A DNA stretch of 64,000 nt, from NCBI GenBank assembly GCA_963770565.1, contig CAVYQE010000002.1, positions 830,949-894,948 on the forward strand, written 5' to 3'. Numbering within the stretch: the first letter of the stretch is position 1; every line of letters starts with the position of its first letter. Shown here one piece after another: positions 19,753-28,456 of the stretch. The position numbers and the translations under genes are program-made. The DNA is from an uncultured Actinomycetota bacterium. Lineage in GTDB: Bacteria > Actinomycetota > Actinomycetes > JAFAQI01. The notes beneath the pieces are model-generated. The model was given only the letters and a program-made list of their open reading frames with translations, was not told where the DNA came from and ran no database searches.

Positions 19753-22118
19753 GCGAGACGACGATGGAGGTCGGCCGGCGTCGTACCCGCAAGGAGGACG
19801 CCAAGCTCGTCACCGGGCAGACCATGTGGACCGACAGCATCGCAATGCCCGGCCTGCTGCAGTTCGCGCTGCTGCGCAGCCCGATGGCGCACGCGAAGAT
19901 CACCCGGATCGACGTCTCCCCTGCGCTCGAGATGCCCGGCGTGATCGCGGCGTTCTCGGGTGCCGATCTCGCCGAGCAGCTCGGCTCGCTGCCGTGCGCG
20001 TGGCCGGTCACGCCCGACATGGTGACCCCGGCGCACCCGCCGATCGCGGTCGAAGAAGTGCGGTACGTCGGTGACGCGGTCGCCGTCGTGGTGGCACGTG
20101 ACCGCTACGCCGCGGCCGATGCGCTCGAGGCGATCGAGGTCGAGTACGAGCCGCTGCCGGCGGTCACGAACATGGAGGCGGCACTCGCCGACGGCGCGCC
20201 GCTCGTGCACAGCGACAAGGGCACGAACCGCTGTTTCGACTGGCCGTTCGCGGCCGGCGACTACGCCGCCGCGAAGGCGGCCGCGGACGTCGTGGTCTCG
20301 CGCCGATTCATCCAGCAGCGGCTGTTGCCGTCGGCGATGGAGCCGCGCGCGGTCGTCGTCGCGCCGATCGCAGCGGCCGACGAATACACGGTCTACTCCT
20401 CGACCCAGATCCCGCACGTCCTGCGGGTCATGTTGGCGTTGACTACCGGCACGCCCGAGCACAAGCTGCGCGTCATCACTCCCGACGTCGGCGGCGGTTT
20501 CGGGTCGAAGCTCAACGTCTACGCCGAGGAAGTCATCGCGCTCGTGCTCGCCAAGAAGCTCGGCCGGCCGGTGCGCTGGACCGAGTCCCGCAGCGAGGGC
20601 TACCAGGCGACGATTCACGGCCGCGACCAGATCCAGGACATCGAGATCGCGGCCCGCGCCGACGGCAAGATCCTCGGCCTGAAGGTGCACCTGCTCGCCG
20701 ACATGGGCGCCTACCTGCAGCTGGTGACTCCGGGCGTCCCGTTGCTCGGCGCCTTCATGTTCCCGGCGATCTACAAGATGGACGCCTACGACTTCCACTG
20801 CACGGGTGTCTTCACGACGAAGACCCCGACCGACGCTTACCGCGGTGCCGGGCGACCGGAAGCGACGTTCGCGATCGAACGGATCATGGATGAGCTCGCG
20901 GCCGAGCTCGGCCGCGACCCGATGGAGCTGCGCCAGCAGAACTGGATCACCCATCCCGAGTTCCCGTTCGAGACGATTGCCGGCCTGACCTACGACTCCG
21001 GCAACTACGAAGCGGCGACCGACGAGGCGATGCGGCTGTTCGACTACGCCGGCCTACGCCGCGAGCAGGCCGAGCGGCGTGAGCGCAACGACTCGGTCCA
21101 GCTCGGCATCGGTATCTCGACCTTCACCGAGATGTGCGGCCTTGCGCCAAGCCGGGTGCTCGGATCGCTGTCGTACGGCGCCGGTGGCTGGGAGGCCGCG
21201 AGCATCCGGATGTTGCCGACCGGCAAGGTCGAGGTCGTGACCGGTTCGTCGCCGCACGGTCAGGGTCACGTCACGTCGTGGAGCCAGATCGCCGCGGACG
21301 CACTCGGCGTGCCCTTCGAGGACGTCGAGGTGATCTACGGCGACACGCAGTCCAGCCCCAAGGGCATGGACACCTACGGCTCGCGGTCGCTCGTGGTCGG
21401 CGGGGTAGCGATCCATCACGCGGCCGCGAAGGTGATCGAGAAGGCCAAGCGAATCGCCGCGCACCTGCTGGAGGCAGCCGAGTCCGACGTCACGTTCGCC
21501 AACGGTGCGTTCTCGGTGGCCGGCTCGCCGGAGGCGTCGATGTCGATCCAGGAGATCGCGCTCGCGACCTTCGCCGCGCACAACCTGCCCGACGGCATGG
21601 AGCCGACGCTGGACTCGGACTACGTGTTCGACCCGGAGAACTTCTCCTTCCCGCACGGTACGCACCTGTGCGCGATGGAGGTCGACACCGAGACCGGCCG
21701 ATCCACCATGCGCTCCTACGTCTGCGTCGACGACATCGGCAACGTGGTCAACCCGCTGATCGTCGAAGGCCAGGTGCACGGCGGCTTGGCGCAGGGCATC
21801 GCGCAGGCGCTCTTCGAAGAAGCCGTGTACGACGAGGACGGCAACCTCACCACCGGCACGATGGCCGACTATCTCGTGCCGAGTGCGGCCGACCTGCCGA
21901 CCTTCGTGACCGGGCGAACCGAGACCCCCGCGACGTCGAACCCGCTCGGCGTCAAGGGAGTCGGCGAGGCGGGGACGATCGCTTCGACACCGGCGGTCAT
22001 CAACGCGATCGTCGATGCTTTGCGGCCACAGGGAGTCACCGACGTGTTGATGCCGGCCACCCCGGAACGGGTATGGCGCGCATTACAGACCGCACGCAGC
22101 GAGGGAGGCAACCGATGA
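19749..22118 (+). CDS. coxL: Molybdopterin large subunit, form II CoxL-like
   Basis: RKEDAKLVTG, DVGGGFGSK, AYRGAGRPEA (form II motif), GQVHGGLAQG, GVKGVGEAG; start re-called to ATG 19749. Confidence 0.92.
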   Translation: MSETTMEVGRRRTRKEDAKLVTGQTMWTDSIAMPGLLQFALLRSPMAHAKITRIDVSPALEMPGVIAAFSGADLAEQLGSLPCAWPVTPDMVTPAHPPIAVEEVRYVGDAVAVVVARDRYAAADALEAIEVEYEPLPAVTNMEAALADGAPLVHSDKGTNRCFDWPFAAGDYAAAKAAADVVVSRRFIQQRLLPSAMEPRAVVVAPIAAADEYTVYSSTQIPHVLRVMLALTTGTPEHKLRVITPDVGGGFGSKLNVYAEEVIALVLAKKLGRPVRWTESRSEGYQATIHGRDQIQDIEIAARADGKILGLKVHLLADMGAYLQLVTPGVPLLGAFMFPAIYKMDAYDFHCTGVFTTKTPTDAYRGAGRPEATFAIERIMDELAAELGRDPMELRQQNWITHPEFPFETIAGLTYDSGNYEAATDEAMRLFDYAGLRREQAERRERNDSVQLGIGISTFTEMCGLAPSRVLGSLSYGAGGWEAASIRMLPTGKVEVVTGSSPHGQGHVTSWSQIAADALGVPFEDVEVIYGDTQSSPKGMDTYGSRSLVVGGVAIHHAAAKVIEKAKRIAAHLLEAAESDVTFANGAFSVAGSPEASMSIQEIALATFAAHNLPDGMEPTLDSDYVFDPENFSFPHGTHLCAMEVDTETGRSTMRSYVCVDDIGNVVNPLIVEGQVHGGLAQGIAQALFEEAVYDEDGNLTTGTMADYLVPSAADLPTFVTGRTETPATSNPLGVKGVGEAGTIASTPAVINAIVDALRPQGVTDVLMPATPERVWRALQTARSEGGNR

Positions 22119-22972
22119 TCCCCGCGTCGCTCGAGTACGTCGCACCCACATCCATCGCGGACGCAGTGTCGGCGCTGACAAACGGCGGCGACGAGGCGAA
22201 GGTCATCGCCGGCGGTCAGAGCCTGATGCCGGTCCTGCGGCTTCGGCTGGCCTACCCGACCACGCTCGTCGACCTGCGCAACGTGGCCGACCTGCGCGGG
22301 GTCCGCGAGGACAACGGCGACCTCGTGATCGGCGCGATGACCCGGCACTGCGACGTCATCACCGACGGCCTGATCGCGCAGCACGCACCACTGATCGCCG
22401 CGGCGACGAAGACGGTTGCCGACCCCGCGATCCGGCATCGCGGCACCTTCGGCGGCGCGCTGTCGCACGCCGATCCGGCCGGCGACCTTCCCGCGGTCAC
22501 GCTCGCTCTGGACGCGACCTTCGTAGTTGAGGGCCCGAGCGGGCGTCGTACCGTGCCGGCCAGCGAGTTCTTCGTCGACTACCTGCAGTCGGCGCTGGCA
22601 CCGGATGAGCTGCTGGTCGAGGTCAGGGTGCCGAAGCTGACCGGCTGGGGCGTGCACTACGAGAAGTTCCAGCGGGTCGCGCAGGCCTGGGCGATCGTCG
22701 GCGTCGCGGCCGCAGTGCGGATGGAGAACGGCACGATCGCGGAGGCGCGGGTCGGGCTCACCAACATGGGCCCGACACCGGTCCGGGCGTCGGCAGTCGA
22801 GGCGGCCCTGGCCGGCGCTGCAGCCGAGCCGGGTGCGGTCGGTGCGGCAACCGCCGCGACGGCTGAGGGCACCCGGCCGCCGTCGGACCTCGGCGGCGCG
22901 GCTGACTATCGGCAACATCTTGCGCAGGTGCTCGCCCGCCGCGCGGTGCTGGCTGCGGCCGGGAGCGAGTGA
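22115..22972 (+). CDS. coxM: FAD-binding medium subunit CoxM-like
   Basis: MIPASLEYVAP, AGGQSLMPVLRLRLA, RHRGTFGGALSHADPAGD; ATG 22115 overlaps the coxL stop. Confidence 0.92.
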   Translation: MIPASLEYVAPTSIADAVSALTNGGDEAKVIAGGQSLMPVLRLRLAYPTTLVDLRNVADLRGVREDNGDLVIGAMTRHCDVITDGLIAQHAPLIAAATKTVADPAIRHRGTFGGALSHADPAGDLPAVTLALDATFVVEGPSGRRTVPASEFFVDYLQSALAPDELLVEVRVPKLTGWGVHYEKFQRVAQAWAIVGVAAAVRMENGTIAEARVGLTNMGPTPVRASAVEAALAGAAAEPGAVGAATAATAEGTRPPSDLGGAADYRQHLAQVLARRAVLAAAGSE

Positions 22973-23907
22973 GCCCGCCGCCAGCTGACCGGCAGGGACT
23001 GCTGCCGGCGGACATCACGTCGCCGGCCGAGTTGCGCGTGCGTCTGGAGGCCTACGACTACCTCGCCGACGACGGCCTGGCGACTGCGGCGTACTTGTCG
23101 CTGGCGATGGGGCGGCCGCTGTTCCTCGAAGGCGAGGCGGGCGTCGGCAAGACCGCGCTGGCCGATGCGCTCGGCGGGTTGCTGTCGGCCGAGGTCATCC
23201 GGCTGCAGTGCTACGAGGGGATCGATGCCTCGCAGGCGCTCTACGACTGGGACTTCCCCCGCCAGCTGTTGCACCTGCGCGCGGTCGAGGCCGCCGGTGC
23301 GCCGACCGATGAGGCCGGCGTCGACCGGCTGGACCGCGAGGTCTACGACCGCCGGTTCCTGGTGGCCCGGCCGCTGCTCGCGGCGCTCGAGACGACGCCG
23401 TGCGTGCTGCTGATCGACGAGGTGGATCGGGCCGACGACGAGTTCGAGGCCTTCCTTCTGCAGCTGTTGTCGGACTACGCCGTGACGATTCCGGAGCTCG
23501 GCACGATCCGTGCCGAGGTGCCGCCGGTTGCGGTGCTGACCTCCAACCGCACCCGCGAAGTGCACGACGCGTTGAAGCGTCGTTGCCTCTATCACTGGGT
23601 GGAGCACCCGTCGTTCGAGCGCGAGGTCGCGATCGTCCGGCGCCAGGTCCCGAAGGCGAGCGATGTGTTGGCGCGCCAGATCTCGGCCGCCGCGCAGCTG
23701 CTGCGGGAGGAGGGTCTGGCGAAGCCGCCCGGGGTCGCCGAGTCGATCGACTGGGCGCTGGCCCTCGTCGCGCTCGGCGCCGAGCGGCTCGACCCGGACA
23801 CCGCGATCGCAACGCTCGGTGCGGTGCTGAAGTATCGCGAAGACCTGGATCGGGTCCGCCGGATGGATGTCGGCGCGCTGATCGCGGTGGCCGTCAGCGG
23901 TGGTTGA
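22969..23907 (+). CDS. coxD: MoxR-like AAA+ ATPase CoxD
   Basis: LFLEGEAGVGKT, RLQCYEGID, LLIDEVDRADDEFEAFLL, SNRTREVHDALKRRC. Confidence 0.9.
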   Translation: MSPPPADRQGLLPADITSPAELRVRLEAYDYLADDGLATAAYLSLAMGRPLFLEGEAGVGKTALADALGGLLSAEVIRLQCYEGIDASQALYDWDFPRQLLHLRAVEAAGAPTDEAGVDRLDREVYDRRFLVARPLLAALETTPCVLLIDEVDRADDEFEAFLLQLLSDYAVTIPELGTIRAEVPPVAVLTSNRTREVHDALKRRCLYHWVEHPSFEREVAIVRRQVPKASDVLARQISAAAQLLREEGLAKPPGVAESIDWALALVALGAERLDPDTAIATLGAVLKYREDLDRVRRMDVGALIAVAVSGG

Positions 23908-25060
23908 GACGACCGACCGCTTCGACGGTGTCGACAGCGTGGTCGGGTTGGCGCGAGTGCTTCGAGCCGCCGGCGTTCCGGCCTCGCCGGACCGGGTCCA
24001 CAACACGGTGGCCGCGCTCCGAGAGCTCGACCCGGCGCGCCGGGACGACGTCTACTGGGCCGGCCGGTTGACCCTGTGCGACAGCCCGATCGACATCCAG
24101 CGCTACGACCGGGTGTTTGCGGCGTACTTCGGGGATCGGCCGCTCTCGGTGGAGCGGCGGTCGCGGGTGGCCCGGTCACAGATCCAGCTGGTGGCAACGG
24201 ACAGTGGGACGAGCGAGGAAGAGGACGAAGCCGGCGTCGAGCAATCCAGCGCGCGCGCCGCGGCGAGCACCGAAGAGGTGTTGCGGCACCGCGACATCGC
24301 CTCGCTGACCGGGACCGAACGCGAGCAGCTGCGGATCCTGATCGCCCGGCTGAGCCTGCCCGGCGAGCTGCGCACCAGCCGCCGGATGCGCCCGGCTCGC
24401 CGCGGGCCGATCGACGGCCGCCGGACGGTCCGGGCCTGGCTCGCCGCCGGCGGTGAGCCGGCCCGGCTGAAGCGGCACCGGCAGACCGAGCGGCCGCGCC
24501 GTGTCGTCCTGCTGGTCGACGTGAGCGGGTCGATGGCGTCGTACTCCGATGCGCTGCTGCGGTTCGCGCACGCGGCCGCGCGGCGCGGGCAGGCACCGTC
24601 GGAGGTGTTCACCTTCGGGACCCGGCTGTCCCGGGTGACCCGCGAGCTTCGGCATCCGGATCCGGACATCGCGATGGCCGCGGTGGCCGGTGCGACCCCG
24701 GACGCCGGCGGGGGCACCCGGCTCGGCGAGCTGCTGAAGGAGTTCCTCGACCGGTGGGGGCAACGCGGGATGGCGCGCGGCGCGGTGGTGGTCGTGTTGT
24801 CCGACGGGTGGGAGCGGGGTGACCCGACCCTGCTCGGCGAGCAGGCCGCACGGCTGCATCGGCTGGCCCACCGGGTGGTCTGGGCCAACCCACGCAAGGC
24901 CGGGGCCGGCTTTGCGCCGGTCGCCGGCGGGATGGCCGCGGCACTGCCCTGGGTTGACGACTTCGTCGAGGGGCACAGTCTCGACGCACTGATTACCCTC
25001 GCCGCAGTGGTGCGCGGTGCCCGCTGGTCGCCCACGACGCTGACCTTGGAGGATCTGTGA
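23900..25060 (+). CDS. coxE: VWA-domain protein CoxE
   Basis: MIDAS motif DVSGSM, GGTRLG, VLSDGWERGD. Confidence 0.9.
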   Translation: MVETTDRFDGVDSVVGLARVLRAAGVPASPDRVHNTVAALRELDPARRDDVYWAGRLTLCDSPIDIQRYDRVFAAYFGDRPLSVERRSRVARSQIQLVATDSGTSEEEDEAGVEQSSARAAASTEEVLRHRDIASLTGTEREQLRILIARLSLPGELRTSRRMRPARRGPIDGRRTVRAWLAAGGEPARLKRHRQTERPRRVVLLVDVSGSMASYSDALLRFAHAAARRGQAPSEVFTFGTRLSRVTRELRHPDPDIAMAAVAGATPDAGGGTRLGELLKEFLDRWGQRGMARGAVVVVLSDGWERGDPTLLGEQAARLHRLAHRVVWANPRKAGAGFAPVAGGMAAALPWVDDFVEGHSLDALITLAAVVRGARWSPTTLTLEDL

Positions 25061-25767
25061 AGCTTGAGAACTCGTTCACCGTGCCGGTGACGGCTGACGT
25101 TGCCTGGCGGGTGCTGCTTGACGTCGAGCAGGTTGCGCCGTGCATGCCGGGCGCCACGTTGACCGGCCGCGACGGTGACAACTTCACCGGCACGGTCAAG
25201 GTGAAGGTCGGACCGGTGAGCCTGACGTACGGCGGCTCCGCGATCTTCGCGTCGCTCGACGAGGCGAGCCGGACCGCGGTGATCGAAGCATCCGGCAAGG
25301 AGACCCGCGGTTCCGGTACGGCGAAGGCGGTCATCACCACGACATTGACCGAGAGCAACGGCTCAACCCAGGTCGACGTCGAGACCGACCTGATGATCAC
25401 CGGGAAGCCGGCCCAGTTCGGCCGCGGCGTGATGACCGAGATCAGCGGCCGGCTGATCGACCAGTTCGCGGAGTGTCTCGCCGCCAAGATCACCGCCGAC
25501 GGGACCCCGCCGGCCGACGCTGCCACCGTGTCACCGTCCGACGAGGCGTCGCCGGAGCCGACCAGTGCCGGCCCAGGGGGCAGTTCCGCACCTCAAGCGG
25601 CGCCCGCCGCAACGTCTCGACCGGCGGCCGCGGCCGCCGCCGAGCGGCCCACGCCCGAGGCGATCGACCTGATCGGCACAGCCGGGATGCCGGTGCTCAA
25701 GCGGCTCGCACCGCTCGCCCTGGCTGTGCTAATCCTCTTCCTCGTGTTCCGCCGCCGGTACCGCTGA
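25057..25767 (+). CDS. coxG: CoxG/SRPBCC protein with C-terminal membrane anchor
   Basis: VAPCMPGA, KVKVGPV, GKPAQFGRGVM, Ala/Pro linker, C-terminal TM followed by RRRYR. Confidence 0.88.
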   Translation: MKLENSFTVPVTADVAWRVLLDVEQVAPCMPGATLTGRDGDNFTGTVKVKVGPVSLTYGGSAIFASLDEASRTAVIEASGKETRGSGTAKAVITTTLTESNGSTQVDVETDLMITGKPAQFGRGVMTEISGRLIDQFAECLAAKITADGTPPADAATVSPSDEASPEPTSAGPGGSSAPQAAPAATSRPAAAAAAERPTPEAIDLIGTAGMPVLKRLAPLALAVLILFLVFRRRYR

Positions 25768-25849
25768 GCCCTCGACCGCCGCGCTCGCGGCCGCGCTGGA
25801 TTCCCGCCGGAGCCATCGGTCGCGGCCGGAGTCGGGGCAGACTAGATCG

Positions 25850-28075
25850 ATGAGCCGGAGCAGCGAGATCGCGCGCGAGCAGGAACTCGTGACGCGGCTC
25901 TACCACCGGCTCGACGCGCTACGGGACCAGGCCCGCGACCGGTTGGCCGAGGTACGGCGGCGCGGTGCATCGGGCACGCCGCAGGCCCGGAGCGAACGCG
26001 ATGCGTTCGCCACCCTGTACGAGGACCGGCTGGCCCAGCTCGAGGCGGTCGAGCCGAACCTGTGTTTCGGCCGGCTCGACTTCACCACCGGCGATCAGCT
26101 GCATGTCGGCCGGATCGGGCTGACCGACGATCACCTCGACACGTTGCTGGTCGACTGGCGGGCTCCGGCGGCCGAGCCGTTCTACCGCGCGACACCGGCC
26201 GAGCCGCACGGGGTGAGCCGGCGCCGGCACCTGCGCACCCGCGGCCGGGCCGTGCTCGACGTGGAGGACGACGTCTTCGACGTCGACGAGCTCACCGACG
26301 CCGACCGCGAGACGCTCGGCGGCGGCGGCGCCCTGCTGGCCGCGCTCAACGCCTCGCGTACCGGCCGGATGCGCGACATCGTGGCCACGATCCAGGCCGA
26401 GCAGGACCGGGTGATCCGCGCCGACCCGGCCGGCGTCCTGGTCGTGCAGGGCGGTCCGGGCACGGGCAAGACTGCGGTCGCGCTGCACCGCGCGGCGTAC
26501 CTGCTCTACACCCACCGCGACCGGTTGGCCCGCACCGGCGTGCTCGTGGTCGGACCGGGGCCGGCGTTCGTGCGTTACATCGAGCGGGTGCTGCCCTCGC
26601 TCGGTGAGACCGGGGTGCTGCTCTCGACCGTCGACGGGCTGGTCTCCGACGTCAAGGTCACCGGCCGTGACTCCCCCGCAGTCGCTGCCCTAAAGGCGGA
26701 CCTGCGGATGGCGGAGCTGGTCGAGGCCGCGGTGACCGCGCGGCAACGAGTGCCCGAAGAGCCGGTGGTGATCGGCTTCGAGGAGCACGAGCTCGTGCTG
26801 ACGCCAAACGACATCGCAGCGGCTCGCGCGCGCGCCCGCCGCTCGCGCCGGCGGCACAACCGGGCTCGCTACGCCTTCGCCAAGCAGCTCCTCCGGCTCG
26901 TGGTCGGGCGGCTCAGCGAGGTCGATGCCGAGCTCGCGCGGGAGCGGTGGGTCGTGCGCACGCTGATGGCGGCCGACGACTTCCGTGCGGTGGTCGACGA
27001 CTGCTGGCCGCGGCTGAGCCCCGCCGACCTGATCCGCGACCTGCTGACGACCGCGGGTCTGGCGACGGTGGCCGGGGACCTGCTCTCGCCCGAGGAGGCG
27101 CGGCTGCTGGCCAGAGAGCCGGACGCGCCGTGGACCTCGGGCGACGTACCACTACTCGACGAGGCGTGGTCATACCTCGGTGACCCGGACGAGGTCTTGC
27201 GCGCCGCGGCCGAGCGTCGTCGGCTGCGGGCCGACCGGGAGTACGCGCAGCAGGTCGTTGCGGCCGGGGGCCTGCGCGGGCAGGTTGACGCGGACCTGCT
27301 CGCCGAGCGGTACGCCGGGCCGGGCGTCACGAGTCGCGCGGTCGTGGAGCGGGCGTCGACCGACCCGGACTGGGAGTACGGCCACGTCATCGTCGACGAG
27401 GCACAGGAACTATCGCCGATGGCGTGGCGGATGCTGATCCGCCGCTGCCCGTTGCGGTCGATGACCGTGGTCGGCGACATCGCGCAGACCTCCGCACCGT
27501 GGGGCGTGCGGTCCTGGGGTCAGGCGCTCGATCCGGTCGCCCCGCAGCGCTGGCGGGTCGCCGAGCTCACCGTGAACTACCGCACGCCGAGTGAGGTCAT
27601 GGCGGTTGCCGCCGACGTACTGGCCGCGGTCGACCCCGCCGCCGAGTCACCGTCGTCGGTGCGCGAGGCCGGCCAGCAGCCGCTGTCGCATCGGGTCCCC
27701 CAGGGCGCGGACCTGCCCGGTTGCGTCGCCGACGTCGTCGCGCAGGCGCGGGCCGCGGTCGGCGACGGCAAGGTGGCGGTCATCACGCCGGAGCGGTGGT
27801 ACGACGCGCTGGTCGGCGCGGTCGGCGACCGCTTCCCGGGCGAGGTCGGCACCGGTGCGGCCGGCCTCGACGCGGCGATCGCCGTACTCGGGGTGACCGA
27901 GGCCAAGGGCCTGGAGTTCGACGCGGTCGTGCTGGCCGAGCCGGGCGACTGGATCGCGACCGGTGACCGTGGCCTGCGCGACCTCTACGTCGCGCTGACC
28001 CGGGCGACGCAGCGCCTCGACGTGGTCCATTCCGGCGAGGTCCCTGCGGTGCTCAGTCGGTTGGTGCCGGCGTAG
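25850..28075 (+). CDS. helD: HelD-family helicase-like RNA polymerase recycling ATPase
   Basis: LCFGRLD, HVGRIG, LVDWRAPAAEPFY, MRDIVATIQAEQD, QGGPGTGKTAVALHRAAYLLY, VDEAQE, KGLEFD, LYVALTRATQ. Confidence 0.9.
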   Translation: MSRSSEIAREQELVTRLYHRLDALRDQARDRLAEVRRRGASGTPQARSERDAFATLYEDRLAQLEAVEPNLCFGRLDFTTGDQLHVGRIGLTDDHLDTLLVDWRAPAAEPFYRATPAEPHGVSRRRHLRTRGRAVLDVEDDVFDVDELTDADRETLGGGGALLAALNASRTGRMRDIVATIQAEQDRVIRADPAGVLVVQGGPGTGKTAVALHRAAYLLYTHRDRLARTGVLVVGPGPAFVRYIERVLPSLGETGVLLSTVDGLVSDVKVTGRDSPAVAALKADLRMAELVEAAVTARQRVPEEPVVIGFEEHELVLTPNDIAAARARARRSRRRHNRARYAFAKQLLRLVVGRLSEVDAELARERWVVRTLMAADDFRAVVDDCWPRLSPADLIRDLLTTAGLATVAGDLLSPEEARLLAREPDAPWTSGDVPLLDEAWSYLGDPDEVLRAAAERRRLRADREYAQQVVAAGGLRGQVDADLLAERYAGPGVTSRAVVERASTDPDWEYGHVIVDEAQELSPMAWRMLIRRCPLRSMTVVGDIAQTSAPWGVRSWGQALDPVAPQRWRVAELTVNYRTPSEVMAVAADVLAAVDPAAESPSSVREAGQQPLSHRVPQGADLPGCVADVVAQARAAVGDGKVAVITPERWYDALVGAVGDRFPGEVGTGAAGLDAAIAVLGVTEAKGLEFDAVVLAEPGDWIATGDRGLRDLYVALTRATQRLDVVHSGEVPAVLSRLVPA

Positions 28076-28328
28076 CGGTCGAGCTGGCCGGACGGGCGGC
28101 ACCGACCTGATCGAGGTCCTCGCGGGCCAGTTGCTCGATGACGGCGATGACCGCCGGGATGCCCTCGGCCTTCGGGTCGAGCTTGCCGTCGGGCCCGGCG
28201 GTCGTGTCGACCGCTTCCCGGACGGCTCGGGTCACCGTGCGGAGCGGGATCGAGGCGTAGTCCTCGGCGAGCCGCTGGGTGAGCTCCAACACGAGCCGGT
28301 CCGGCGTCGCTCGGCGCAGGCCGGGCAC
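28053..28328 (-). CDS. Small helical hypothetical protein (three-helix-bundle-like)
   Basis: Strong RBS AGGAGG before GTG 28328; LTQRLAEDY...TVTRAVREA...IEQLAREDL pattern. Confidence 0.6.
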   Translation of the reverse strand: MPGLRRATPDRLVLELTQRLAEDYASIPLRTVTRAVREAVDTTAGPDGKLDPKAEGIPAVIAVIEQLAREDLDQVGAARPASSTATPAPTD

Positions 28329-28456
28329 GGTGAGCCTCCTTGAAGGGGGTGGGCGGTGCAACCAGTACGTAGTCCTTCCCACCCGCGGGCGGGTCAACCC
28401 CGCCGGACCGCCATCGGGGTGTTGACCCGCTGGGCCGGGCTCGTAACCTGACCGAC

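Noticed and set aside
25768-28075. Rifamycin-resistance HelR with upstream rifamycin-associated element
   Set aside because: No RAE-like palindrome recognised in the 82-bp upstream gap; treated as ordinary HelD.
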